A DNA stretch of 64,000 nt from contig CAVXFH010000002.1 of the NCBI GenBank assembly GCA_963761035.1, forward strand, positions 2,756,792 to 2,820,791. Reading direction: 5' to 3'. Positions 1 to 9,324 of the stretch are shown in pieces. The DNA comes from an uncultured Gammaproteobacteria bacterium. GTDB lineage: Bacteria; Pseudomonadota; Gammaproteobacteria; DRLM01. A program made the position numbers and the translations under genes. The notes beneath the pieces were generated by a model. That model was given only the letters and a program-made list of their open reading frames with translations, did no database searches and was not told the DNA's origin. Every line of letters starts with the position of its first letter. The stretch's first letter is position 1.

Positions 1-2
1 CG

Positions 3-323
3 GCCGCACTGGGCGACATCGGGCACCACTTTCCCGACGGCAGTAAGGATTATGAAAATATCGACAGCCGTATCTTATTGCGCAGGGTAATTGTTCTATT
101 ACAGGATCTGAATCTAAAGGTGGGCAATGTGGATATCACGGTAATTGCGCAGAAGCCGAAACTTGCCGGCTATATACCCGAGATGCGCAAGCATCTGGCC
201 GCGGATATGCAAGCCAATGAAGAGCAGATAAACATAAAGGCCACGACCACCGAAGGCATGGGGTTCACTGGCCGCGGAGAAGGCATCGCGGTCCATGCGG
301 TAACACTTTTGAGTATCCTTTAA
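3..323 (+). CDS. ispF: 2-C-methyl-D-erythritol 2,4-cyclodiphosphate synthase (5' truncated by window edge)
   Basis: Frame open from position 3: AALGDIGHHFPD...NVDITVIAQKPKL...NIKATTTEGMGFTGRGEGIA, the hallmark IspF motifs. Confidence 0.95.
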   Translation, partial: AALGDIGHHFPDGSKDYENIDSRILLRRVIVLLQDLNLKVGNVDITVIAQKPKLAGYIPEMRKHLAADMQANEEQINIKATTTEGMGFTGRGEGIAVHAVTLLSIL

Positions 324-428
324 TCCGGTGTCGATGATATAGCCGCCGGAATCAGATGGCTTAGAACCTTCCTTGCTAGCGAAGCCGGTGGCGTCAAAGT
401 ACATCGCCGCGAAATAGCGTCAAGGCGC

Positions 429-920
429 TTACATTTTCATATCGCCCATATCGTGGTGATGAGGAGATTCACCGTCATTTTCCGCATTACGGATCGGGGC
501 TTGGATAGTGATTTGCGGAGCATGGTCGAATTTCAGAATCAGTTCGACCATATCGCCGGACTTGAGCGGATGCAGTGGCTGCAATAGCATGAGGTGATAG
601 GCGCCGGGTTTGAATTCCAGGCGGTCATGAGCGGCGATACTCGCTTCATGCAGCATTTGCATGTGAACCTGGCCGTTCGCCATGCGAGTAGTGTGAATCT
701 CGACCTTCCGGAATTGCGGGCTGCTGACGCCGATCAAAGTTTGTATCCGGGACGTTTGATTGTCAATCGTCAGATAGGCGGCGCTGACCTCGGCATGAGG
801 AGGTGCCTCCCGTACCCAGGCGTCTTCGACATTTAATGCCTCGGCCGCGCGGCCGATTCCGCTCCACAGCAGAATTGAGAACGCCGCTCCCAATACTATT
901 TGCCAGTTAATTTTACTCAT
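429..920 (-). CDS. Periplasmic copper chaperone PCu(A)C
   Basis: Signal peptide, DAWVRE...SAAYLTI, H...M...PGAYHLML copper motif, His/Met-rich tail PHHHDMGDMKM. Confidence 0.9.
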   Translation of the reverse strand: MSKINWQIVLGAAFSILLWSGIGRAAEALNVEDAWVREAPPHAEVSAAYLTIDNQTSRIQTLIGVSSPQFRKVEIHTTRMANGQVHMQMLHEASIAAHDRLEFKPGAYHLMLLQPLHPLKSGDMVELILKFDHAPQITIQAPIRNAENDGESPHHHDMGDMKM

Positions 921-1629
921 AACCCTTCCTTATGGCTTTGTAAACCGAACGAATACGATCCGCAGTATGCGGCGGCAGAACCCAGGCCACAAGCCGCGCG
1001 CGATCATCGAATATATAAATGCCCGACCCGTGATCTACCGTGTAGTCCCGCCGCGGCTGTTGCATGGTGTCGCCCAAGAGATCGCCGCTTATGGGATCCG
1101 CATAGTCATAACTCGCACCCAATGGATCGGCGAGTCGATGCAATTGTGCCGGCGGACCCGTGGCGCCGATAAATTTCGGATTGAAATGATCGATAAAATT
1201 CGCCAGCACCGGCGGCGTATCGCGGAAAGGATCCACCGACACGAATACGATCTGGGTGCTGGCGGCAAGTTGAGCGTCTTCGCGTTCCAGGTGGCGGTAG
1301 GCGCTATTGAGCGCGGTAAGTGTAGTGGGGCAGAAGTCGGGGCAATGAGTATAACCGAAGAACATGAGGGTCCATTTGCCTAACAATTGGGTCTGCGTGA
1401 AACGCTCGCGATGTTGATCCGCCAGGGTAAAGGTCGGCGCCGCTTCGGGTGGTGTCTGTATCTGCACACCGGGCATATCAGGCGGCGGTACCTGGCTGTG
1501 CTGGTACGACAAAAATCCAAGCAACACAGCCGCAACCGCGGCCGCGCCGAGCATCGCCCAAATTAGATAGTAGGAACGAAGCGGGCGGGAAATTACGTCG
1601 GTTTGACGAGAATCGAACATATCCTTCAT
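913..1629 (-). CDS. SCO1/SenC family copper-binding protein
   Basis: N-terminal TM, FFGYTHCPDFCP (CxxxC), VSVDPFRD, conserved His in VDH. Confidence 0.92.
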   Translation of the reverse strand: MKDMFDSRQTDVISRPLRSYYLIWAMLGAAAVAAVLLGFLSYQHSQVPPPDMPGVQIQTPPEAAPTFTLADQHRERFTQTQLLGKWTLMFFGYTHCPDFCPTTLTALNSAYRHLEREDAQLAASTQIVFVSVDPFRDTPPVLANFIDHFNPKFIGATGPPAQLHRLADPLGASYDYADPISGDLLGDTMQQPRRDYTVDHGSGIYIFDDRARLVAWVLPPHTADRIRSVYKAIRKGYE

Positions 1630-1671
1630 GACCGGAAGTTATCACGGATCGCCCCGTTTAGAGAGAGGGAT

Positions 1672-1686
1672 GCGACCATTTGTCGC
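1672..1686. promoter_or_regulatory. RegA/PrrA-type binding site
   Basis: Perfect palindrome GCGAC-CATTT-GTCGC between the divergent sco and regB genes; matches the GCGnC-N5-GnCGC type RegA/RegR consensus. Confidence 0.7.
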
Positions 1687-1755
1687 GGCCCGGCTGGGGA
1701 TGCGCGGCGTAATGTGGTAAATTTATCGGGAAATCATTTGACAGCCGCTACGCAC

Positions 1756-3018
1756 GTGGGTTCCTATTTTCCCGAGCCATCTTCCGCCGCCATAAACCTG
1801 CAACGCCTGGTGGCATTTCGTTATCTGGTGCTGACGGTTCAGCTTGCTGCCGTAGCGGCGGCGATTTACATGAATTTTATGTTGCCGCTGCCGCCTATCA
1901 TCGCGGTCATTGTCATCTTCGCCCTGCTGAACGTCATAACGTGGTGGCGCCTGCGCTGGATCGACCGCCCCGTCAGCGATCTTGAGCTATTTCTCCATTT
2001 TTTCACCGACGTGGTCATTTTGGCGGCGCTGCTTTACATGACGGGGGGATCCACCAATCCTTTTATCTCGCTTTTTCTGGTTCCGCTCACCTTGGCCGCG
2101 GCATCTCTACCGGGACGCTATACCTGGGCGATAGCCGGAGCGGCGCTGTGCGGTTACACGTTGTTGATGGCGTGGTACGTGCCGCTGCATCGCCAGTACG
2201 GGGTAAATTTCAGTCTTCATGTATTAGGCATGTGGTTCGGCTTTGTGCTCAGCGCCATATTAATTTCCTATTTTGCCGTGAAGATGAGCGCAACCCTTCG
2301 CGAACGAGATCGAGCATTGGCGCAGGCCCGAGAGAACGCCCTGCGCGATGAACGCCTGGTCGCCCTCGGTACTCTGGCGGCGGGCGCCGCTCATGAACTG
2401 GGCACGCCGCTGGCCACCATGGCGGTATTGGCCAAGGATTTGGAAAGCGAATGCGGCGCCATGCCCGCGGTAGCCGAACCGTTGCGGGTGTTGCGCGGGC
2501 AGATCGCCCGTTGCAAGGATATTTTGTCCAAGCTCGCTGTATCGGCCGGGCAGACTCGCGCCGAGGCCGGACGCAGCCGTGCCCTGGATCGCTATCTCGC
2601 GCAACTTACGGAGCAATGGCACAGCACGCGTCCCGCCGTGGGTCTGCGCCAGCGCTGGCAGGGAACGCAGCCCGCGCCGCACATTATCGCCGATCAGACC
2701 TTGACCCATGCCATTACCAATATATTGAATAATGCCGCCGATGCCTCCGAACAGTCCGTCGAAATTAACGGGCGCTGGGATGAAGTTGAGCTCTGCATGG
2801 ATATCTGCGATCAAGGCGATGGCGTAAGCGACGCGGCCGCATCCCACGCTGGCGAACCTTTCTTCACCACCAAGCCGCTGGGGCAGGGTTTAGGTTTGTT
2901 TCTGGCGCAATCCACCATCAAGCGACTGGGAGGCAGCGTACAACTGTTCAATCGCGAAGAAGGCGGCGCCTGTACCCGCATCGAATTGCCATTGGCGGGA
3001 TTGTCAGTTAATCCATGA
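1756..3018 (+). CDS. regB: RegB/PrrB/ActS family redox sensor histidine kinase (start uncertain; in-frame GTGs at 1714 and 1756, ORF track start 1603 overlaps sco)
   Basis: Multiple TM helices, GGSTNPF quinone-binding motif, H-box AAHELGTPL, redox Cys in IARCKDIL, NILNNA, PFFTTK, GLGLFL. Confidence 0.9.
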   Translation: MGSYFPEPSSAAINLQRLVAFRYLVLTVQLAAVAAAIYMNFMLPLPPIIAVIVIFALLNVITWWRLRWIDRPVSDLELFLHFFTDVVILAALLYMTGGSTNPFISLFLVPLTLAAASLPGRYTWAIAGAALCGYTLLMAWYVPLHRQYGVNFSLHVLGMWFGFVLSAILISYFAVKMSATLRERDRALAQARENALRDERLVALGTLAAGAAHELGTPLATMAVLAKDLESECGAMPAVAEPLRVLRGQIARCKDILSKLAVSAGQTRAEAGRSRALDRYLAQLTEQWHSTRPAVGLRQRWQGTQPAPHIIADQTLTHAITNILNNAADASEQSVEINGRWDEVELCMDICDQGDGVSDAAASHAGEPFFTTKPLGQGLGLFLAQSTIKRLGGSVQLFNREEGGACTRIELPLAGLSVNP

Positions 3019-3575
3019 ACGTACCATCAGGTTCCGAGAGGGATACGCTGCCCAGTCTATTGGTGGTGGATGACGACGTAGTATTTTGCGGCGTCCTTGC
3101 CGCCGCTTTGGAAAGGCGCGGTTATATCGTGCGAATCGCGCATGATGTGCAAAGCGCATTCGTCATCGCCGAACGGGAGCTTCCGGAATTTGTGGTCCTC
3201 GATCTCAAGATGCCCGGAGAATCCGGTCTGAGCTTGGTGCAGAAGCTCATGTCTTTGGACGCTCATACCCGTATCGTGGTGCTGACCGGCTATGCCAGCG
3301 TTACCACGGCGGTGGAAGCCATCAAGTTGGGAGCAATCCATTATTTGACGAAACCCGCGGATGCCGATGAAATTATCCAGGCGTTTTGGCTGGATAGCGG
3401 CAATGCCGACGTGACTATCGGTGAACAGCGGCCGTCGGTGGATCGTTTGGAATGGGAATATATACAGCAAGTGTTGTACGATTGCGGCGGCAATATCTCT
3501 GCCACTGCGCGCAGTTTGGGCATGCATCGCCGCACCTTGCAGCGCAAGCTGCAAAAAAGGCCGGTGAAACGATAA
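3015..3575 (+). CDS. regA: RegA/PrrA/ActR family response regulator
   Basis: LLVVDDD, VLDLKM, LTGYASVTTAVEAIKLGA, HTH GNISATARSLGMHRRTLQRKL. Confidence 0.95.
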   Translation: MNVPSGSERDTLPSLLVVDDDVVFCGVLAAALERRGYIVRIAHDVQSAFVIAERELPEFVVLDLKMPGESGLSLVQKLMSLDAHTRIVVLTGYASVTTAVEAIKLGAIHYLTKPADADEIIQAFWLDSGNADVTIGEQRPSVDRLEWEYIQQVLYDCGGNISATARSLGMHRRTLQRKLQKRPVKR

Positions 3576-3614
3576 GATTACTATAGGCTATCTGCCATAT
3601 CGCGATGCCAAATA

Positions 3615-4688
3615 TTGATGGCAATGAGTTATATAACTATGCCCGCTGCTGACCGGGTTATCGACCTTCCGTACGCCTTCGGTTCTCCCCCGGCGGATGG
3701 TTTGCTTCGCCAAACACCGGAAGACTTTCAAGTCGATGAAGACCTGGGCTTCGCGCCGGAGGGTGAGGGCGAACACCTGTGGGTGTGGCTGGAAAAGCGT
3801 GGAATGAACACCGATCAGGTCGCGCGGCAGTTGGCCAGACTCGCCGGAGTAAAGCTGTCCGGCGTCAGTTATGCCGGACTCAAAGATCGCCACGCCGTCA
3901 CCCGGCAGTGGTTCAGCATCCACTTGCCAAAATTCGCCGGCGATCCGATCCGGGAATGGCGCGATGCGCATTGGCGAGTTGTGAAGGCCGTCAAGGCGCG
4001 GCGCAAGATTCGGCGCGGCAGTCTGCGCGGCAATCATTTTATCATTACCTTGCGCGAAGCGCGGGGTGATAAACAAGCCATCGAGATGCGTCTGAAACAG
4101 ATTGCTCAAAACGGCGTGCCCAATTACTTTGGCGAGCAGCGCTTTGGTCACAACAATATTGCGCAGGCCGAAGCCATGGCGCGAGGAGAATTGCAGGTGA
4201 CGGATCGCCATCTGCGTGGGATATTTCTTTCCAGTCTGCGCTCGGCTTTGTTTAATGTGGTGCTTGCGCGCCGGGTTGACGATCATTCCTGGAATCAGGC
4301 GCTTCCCGGTGAGGCCATCAACCTCGACGGTAGCCGCAGTTTTTTCGTCGTAGAGCATATTGATGCGAGCATTGTGAACCGTCTCGCCCAAGGCGATGCT
4401 CATCCCACCGGCCCGCTGTGGGGTTTGGGCGAATTGCCCAGCCACGGGGCAGCGTTGATGCTTGAACGCTCCATTGTCGACAAGTGTCCCGAGATATGGT
4501 TACAAAGTTGTATCGCTGCGGGTATGGAGCAGGAACGGCGACCGTTGCGGCTTATTGCGCGGCACCTTACTTGGGCATGGCCCGGCGGCGGTGCACTGAC
4601 ACTGGCATTCAGCCTTACCGCCGGAGCCTATGCGACAGCGGTGTTACGGGAGATCGTGGACTATAGAGTGGAAACTACCCGCATATAA
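3615..4688 (+). CDS. truD: tRNA pseudouridine(13) synthase
   Basis: PEDFQVDE, GEGEHLW, SYAGLKDRHAVTRQW, GVPNYFGEQRFG, GAYATAVLRE. Confidence 0.95.
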   Translation: MMAMSYITMPAADRVIDLPYAFGSPPADGLLRQTPEDFQVDEDLGFAPEGEGEHLWVWLEKRGMNTDQVARQLARLAGVKLSGVSYAGLKDRHAVTRQWFSIHLPKFAGDPIREWRDAHWRVVKAVKARRKIRRGSLRGNHFIITLREARGDKQAIEMRLKQIAQNGVPNYFGEQRFGHNNIAQAEAMARGELQVTDRHLRGIFLSSLRSALFNVVLARRVDDHSWNQALPGEAINLDGSRSFFVVEHIDASIVNRLAQGDAHPTGPLWGLGELPSHGAALMLERSIVDKCPEIWLQSCIAAGMEQERRPLRLIARHLTWAWPGGGALTLAFSLTAGAYATAVLREIVDYRVETTRI

Positions 4689-4725
4689 GCGGAACGAACA
4701 ATCTCATGGGTATACCGGCAGATTG

Positions 4726-5847
4726 TTATGCGCCTTTTGGTGAACGATTATGAAGTTCTACCCGTGCTTCGTAGGCTTTACGTGCGATGTGCACGTCCTC
4801 GATAAAGTAGGGCAACTCATCCAGCCGCAAGGCCTGCGGGCCGTCCACCAGGGCCTTTTCCGGCACGGGGTGGAAGTCCACGAGAATCATATTGGCGCCG
4901 GCGATGACGCCCTGGGCGGTAACGTGGCAGCTGTCGAGGATGCCGTCGGAGGAGGCGTCGCGTGTGCCCACCGAGTGCGAAGGGTCGATGCATACCGGCA
5001 TACGGGTCATGCGTTTTACCGCGGTGACATGGGAGAAATCGACGAAGTTGCGGTGCGGGTCGCCCATGTTGGTCTTCATGCCGCGCAGGCCGAAGACCAC
5101 CTTGCGGTTGCCTTCGCTGGCAAGATACTCGGCGGCGTTGAGGGATTCCTCCAGGGTGATGCCGAAGCCGCGCTTGAGTAGCACCGGCATCTCCGTCTGA
5201 CGACCGACGATCTTCAACAATTCGAAGTTCTGGGCATTGCGCGTGCCGATCTGCAACATCACCCCGGTGGGGTGGCCGGCGGCCGCCAGCGCCTGTTGTA
5301 TCTCTTCCAGATGCGCGCCGGACATGATTTCCATGGCGATGACCTTAATGTCGTATTTACCGGCCAGCTCCAACACATAAGGCAGACATTTTTTCCCGTG
5401 GCCTTGGAAGGAATAGGGATTGGTACGCGGCTTGTAGGCGCCCATGCGCGTGCAATTTAGGCCATGGTCGCGCAAGGCGCGCATCATCAACTCCACGTGT
5501 TGCGGATTGTCCACCGCGCACAGGCCGGCAAAAATGTTCAGATTATCCTGGCTGAACTGCACGCCGTTGTATTCGAAGTGGCTGGAGCGGGTATCGCCCT
5601 TGTGGCGGCCGAGTATCTTGTAGGGTTCGGAAATGCGCACCACCCTTTCCACGCCGGGGATAGTCTGGATATCTTCCGCCGGCAAGGCCGCGGTGTTGCC
5701 TATCAGGTACAGCTCGGTGAGAGTCTGTTGCATGCCCACTTCTTCGTGGACGCGAATCTGAATGTTGGGGAGATTGGAGATGTAATGGAGCAGCGAAAGA
5801 TAAGTATCACCGCTCTTGTCGATGTTGGGTTCCAGTATGACAATCAT
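4726..5847 (-). CDS. 3-deoxy-7-phosphoheptulonate (DAHP) synthase, class I-beta, with N-terminal regulatory extension
   Basis: AGLCAVD, MGAYKPRTNPYSFQG, QIGTRNAQNFELL, LKRG, DPSHSVG, DFHP...DGPQAL. Confidence 0.9.
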   Translation of the reverse strand: MIVILEPNIDKSGDTYLSLLHYISNLPNIQIRVHEEVGMQQTLTELYLIGNTAALPAEDIQTIPGVERVVRISEPYKILGRHKGDTRSSHFEYNGVQFSQDNLNIFAGLCAVDNPQHVELMMRALRDHGLNCTRMGAYKPRTNPYSFQGHGKKCLPYVLELAGKYDIKVIAMEIMSGAHLEEIQQALAAAGHPTGVMLQIGTRNAQNFELLKIVGRQTEMPVLLKRGFGITLEESLNAAEYLASEGNRKVVFGLRGMKTNMGDPHRNFVDFSHVTAVKRMTRMPVCIDPSHSVGTRDASSDGILDSCHVTAQGVIAGANMILVDFHPVPEKALVDGPQALRLDELPYFIEDVHIARKAYEARVELHNRSPKGA

Positions 5848-5916
5848 TGTTTTTCCTAGGTCACGAATTGGGACGACAAGAAGGCGTAATTATAGCGCGA
5901 TCGGCCGGGGATGATT

Positions 5917-6810
5917 CTACTCCCGGTCGCGATAACGGCACATCAGAGGCTGATAAGCGTCAATGCGCCGGTCGCGGAGATAGGGCCAGATACGGCGCAC
6001 CTTTTCACTGTGCGCCATATCGATATCGACCAGCAGCACGGCGGCTCCCTCCTGCGCCGTTGCCAATATCTCGCCCTGAGGGCCGGCCGCGAAACTGCTT
6101 CCCCAGAAATGTATGCCGGGTGTCCGGGAGGAGGGGTCCGCTTCGAGGCCGACACGATTGCAGGCTAGCACCGGTAAACCGTTGGCCACGGCGTGGGCGC
6201 GCTGCACGGTGATCCAGGCGTCGCGTTGGCGGGTTTTTTCCGCCTGGCCATCGTCCGGGTTCCAGCCGATGGCGGTGGGATACACCAACAAATCTGCGCC
6301 CGCCAGGGCCATGAGTCGCGCCGCCTCGGGAAACCATTGATCCCAACACACCAAGACGCCTAAACAACCCACTGAGGTGATGATGGGCTCGAAACCCAGA
6401 TCGCCGGGCGTAAAATAAAACTTTTCGTAATAGCCCGGGTCGTCCGGTATATGCATCTTGCGGTAGCGTCCGGCGAAGCTGCCGTCCTTGTCTAGCACTA
6501 CGGCGGTATTGTGATAGAGTCCGGCGGCGCGGCGCTCGAACAGCGAGGCGACGATCACTATGGCGCATTCTTTGGCTACGGCGGCAAGCCGTTCGCTGCT
6601 GGGGCCGGGAAGGGTCTCGGCCAGATCGAAATGGCGGATGTCTTCATGCTGGCAAAAATAACGCGATGCGTGCAGCTCCTGCAGCAGCGCCAGTTGCGCG
6701 CCTTGGCGCGCCGCAGCGCGAATTCCGTCGATGGCAGTCTGCAGGTTGGCCTCGCGATCCTCTGTACAGGCATGCTGAATCAGTCCAGCGCGCAGGATAG
6801 ATTGGCTCAT
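5917..6810 (-). CDS. aguB: N-carbamoylputrescine amidase (carbon-nitrogen hydrolase)
   Basis: LQELH, YRKMHIPDDPGYYEKFYFTPGDLG, VCWDQWFPEAAR, YPTAIGW; directly downstream of the agmatine deiminase. Confidence 0.85.
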   Translation of the reverse strand: MSQSILRAGLIQHACTEDREANLQTAIDGIRAAARQGAQLALLQELHASRYFCQHEDIRHFDLAETLPGPSSERLAAVAKECAIVIVASLFERRAAGLYHNTAVVLDKDGSFAGRYRKMHIPDDPGYYEKFYFTPGDLGFEPIITSVGCLGVLVCWDQWFPEAARLMALAGADLLVYPTAIGWNPDDGQAEKTRQRDAWITVQRAHAVANGLPVLACNRVGLEADPSSRTPGIHFWGSSFAAGPQGEILATAQEGAAVLLVDIDMAHSEKVRRIWPYLRDRRIDAYQPLMCRYRDRE

Positions 6811-6850
6811 CGTTTCACTCTCTTTGCCCCGATAATCGGCAGTTGGTAGC

Positions 6851-7888
6851 TTACAACACTCCCGCCGGCAATTGCATGGTTATACAGTGGAGGCTGCCGT
6901 TTTGCCGGATCAAAGGCAGACAGGGAACGCCGATGATCTCCCGCTTCGGGAAACACTGCTGAAGACGGCGCAAGGCTTCTTGATCAGCCGCATCGTCGTA
7001 GGTTGGTACCAGCACCGCGCCATTAATGATAAGGAAGTTGGCATAGCTGGCGGCCAGGCGCCGGCCGTCTTCCGCGTCGTATTTGGCGGCGGGCCAGGGA
7101 AGCGGTGCGAGGCGATAGGCTTGGCCGCGGTGATCGCGCATGGCGCGCAGTTCATCTTCCATCAGCTGCAGTTCGATGTAGTGGCCGTCATCGGGATCGT
7201 CGCAGGCCACATAGGCGATGGTGTGGGGGTCGCAAAAGCGAGCGAGAGTATCAATGTGGCTGTCGGTATCGTCACCTTCCAGATGGCCATGGCGCAACCA
7301 TAAGATGCGATCCACGCCGAACCAGGCGCGCAGTTGCGTCTCGATCTGGGCGCGGTTGAGACTGGAGTTGCGCGTGGGAGCAAGCAGGCAATTCTCGGTG
7401 GTGAGCAGGCTACCGTGGCCGTCTACCTCGATGCTGCCGCCTTCCATTACCAGGTCAATGGTGCTGAGAGGGGTCGCGCCGAATGCGCCGGCCGCGTGGA
7501 TATGCCGGGTGACCTGATTATCGAGCGGGGCGCTGAATTTATTGCCCCAACCGTTGAAGATAAAATCCAGCAAGCGGAGCTTGCCTTGTTCCAGGACGGT
7601 AAGCGGTCCGTAATCACGGGTCCAGGTATCATTGCTGCGAACCTTATGCAGGACGACACGCTGTATTTCGACTTGTGCATCTATGAGAAGATTCTTTATA
7701 TGGATGGCATGGGCGTCGTCCCAGCAGGCGACGAGCACTTTCTCCCGGCATGCGATTTCATAGGTCAATTGCGTATAGACAGGCTCGACCTCCGGCAAAA
7801 TGTTTTGCCAGTCGCTGTGGGCGTGTGGCCAGGCGATCATGACGCCGCTTTGCGGCGACCATTCGGGGGGGAGCACGGTACGGGACAC
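6851..7888 (-). CDS. aguA: Agmatine deiminase family protein
   Basis: PPEW, NDTWTRDYGP, FNGWGNK, EGGSIEVDG, GDDTDSHIDTLARF, ASYANF, GSLHCITMQ; GTG start with GAGGA RBS. Confidence 0.88.
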   Translation of the reverse strand: MSRTVLPPEWSPQSGVMIAWPHAHSDWQNILPEVEPVYTQLTYEIACREKVLVACWDDAHAIHIKNLLIDAQVEIQRVVLHKVRSNDTWTRDYGPLTVLEQGKLRLLDFIFNGWGNKFSAPLDNQVTRHIHAAGAFGATPLSTIDLVMEGGSIEVDGHGSLLTTENCLLAPTRNSSLNRAQIETQLRAWFGVDRILWLRHGHLEGDDTDSHIDTLARFCDPHTIAYVACDDPDDGHYIELQLMEDELRAMRDHRGQAYRLAPLPWPAAKYDAEDGRRLAASYANFLIINGAVLVPTYDDAADQEALRRLQQCFPKREIIGVPCLPLIRQNGSLHCITMQLPAGVL

Positions 7889-7997
7889 TCGGTATTCCTC
7901 GCTCTGCGCCGTGAAGGGATATTCGCTTTGCAAAGAGGGAAATTATCGGTCAAATCGCGCCCGCGACGCAATTCCGCAGCAAAAGGACGCGCGGATT

Positions 7998-8945
7998 CTA
8001 GCCGCGAACGGTGTCGGCAATGTCGGCCAGGCGTGTACAGTTGCGTCCGGCGGCTTTAGCTTGGTAGAGGGCGTCATCTGCCCGTTGAAATAGGGATTGG
8101 CCGTTTTCATTGCTGGCCAGGCTTGCAACTCCCAGGCTTACCGTGACAGTTACGGCCTTTTCGGGCAGGTCAATTTCCATACGTTCGATTTCGTGACGAA
8201 TGCGTTCCGCCAGCAACATGGCGCCCTCGCAACCGGTGTTGCTCATCAGCACTAAGAACTCTTCACCGCCGTAGCGAAACAACATATCGGTCTTGCGAAT
8301 CACCCGATCAACCACCTTGCTGATGGATTTGAGGATGTCGTCGCCGGATAAATGGCCATAATTGTCGTTGATGGATTTGAATTTGTCGATATCCATAACG
8401 ATCAACGATAAGGGTGTGCGATGACGCCGCGCCAACTCAATCTCTCTTGTCAGCGTATCGTCCAACGCCGCGCGGTTGTTGGCGCCCGTCAGCGGATCCT
8501 TGTGCGCCGCCCGCACGGCATCCAGATAGGTGAGGGCGTTACGCAGCGGGTACACCAGGCCACACAGGAGATGTTCGATCAATGCGGTTTCTATCTCCAG
8601 GAATTTACGCTGCCGGCTCAGCGTCAATTCGCCGAAATTTTCATCACCCACCAATAGACGGTACGTGCAGCTGTGGCGCGCTGTTTTTCCGATACCGATC
8701 TTAATTTCGCGCGAGGCATTGCGATAAATCAAACCGTCAAAGGGCAGTTGTATGCTGAGTTCGTCGGAGAACAACTTCAGCAGGCTATTAATGTCCAGCG
8801 TAGCCTGCAGCACCGTATTGAGACGCAGCGCGGCGTTTAGATGGCCTTTACCTTTGTTGGCCAGCTCGGCTACCGGCCTCAACACTAAATTGTGCGTATT
8901 GGTCTTGATACGATGATTTGTTTCCAGCACCTGTGGCGTGGACAT
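7998..8945 (-). CDS. Diguanylate cyclase (GGDEF) with N-terminal GAF-like segment
   Basis: DPLTGANNR, DIDKFKSINDNYGHLSGD, RKTD I-site, RYGGEEF, ADDALYQAK; ATG 8945 preceded by GGAG. Confidence 0.93.
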   Translation of the reverse strand: MSTPQVLETNHRIKTNTHNLVLRPVAELANKGKGHLNAALRLNTVLQATLDINSLLKLFSDELSIQLPFDGLIYRNASREIKIGIGKTARHSCTYRLLVGDENFGELTLSRQRKFLEIETALIEHLLCGLVYPLRNALTYLDAVRAAHKDPLTGANNRAALDDTLTREIELARRHRTPLSLIVMDIDKFKSINDNYGHLSGDDILKSISKVVDRVIRKTDMLFRYGGEEFLVLMSNTGCEGAMLLAERIRHEIERMEIDLPEKAVTVTVSLGVASLASNENGQSLFQRADDALYQAKAAGRNCTRLADIADTVRG

Positions 8946-8977
8946 GTTTATCTCCATAAGAATGCTACTTATAGATA

Positions 8978-8993
8978 TGCGATTGCCATGCCA
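8978..8993 (-). promoter_or_regulatory. Putative sigma54 (-24/-12) promoter of the diguanylate cyclase
   Basis: Minus strand reads TGGCATGGCAATCGCA = GG-N10-GC, close to TGGCACG-N4-TTGCW, about 33 nt upstream of the ATG. Confidence 0.6.
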
Positions 8994-9081
8994 ACTAGTA
9001 AGGGATGAAAAATCAAAGATGATGTATAAAATATATATATAAATTAATAATATATAAATTAAAGTGGATGCATGACTGAAA

Positions 9082-9120
9082 GTCAAAGATTTGACTAACA
9101 ATAATCGGCAAGGTGATGAC
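9082..9120. promoter_or_regulatory. Two putative FleQ/FlrA-type enhancer boxes
   Basis: GTCAAAGATTTGAC (9082-9095, palindromic arms) and degenerate GGCAAGGTGATGAC (9107-9120), about 90-130 bp upstream of the sigma54 motif and separated from it by an extremely AT-rich tract. Confidence 0.5.
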
Positions 9121-9324
9121 GGTAGGCGGCCGTAGTTTGCATAGCCGGGACTTTATTATCTTTAATGGTTTCAAAATATCCCACTTAGTCGCCATCTTAT
9201 GGACGATACCAACAGCTTGAAGTATTTTCTATTTTAGAAAGAGGAAGAGTATCTGACTTAAATCTTTCTAGGGTAAAGGAGCAACTCTCCCAGCAATGGG
9301 CATTCAGGATGATGAGAGGATTCT

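Noticed and set aside
1603-1755. RegB start at 1603
   Set aside because: It would overlap the divergent sco start and run through the RegA box; a later GTG is more plausible.
8946-9101. Hydrophobic N-terminal extension of the GGDEF ORF (IYILLIYIYILYII) as a TM helix
   Set aside because: It is the translation of an AT-rich promoter tract; ATG 8945 has a good RBS and the sigma54 motif lies within the extension.
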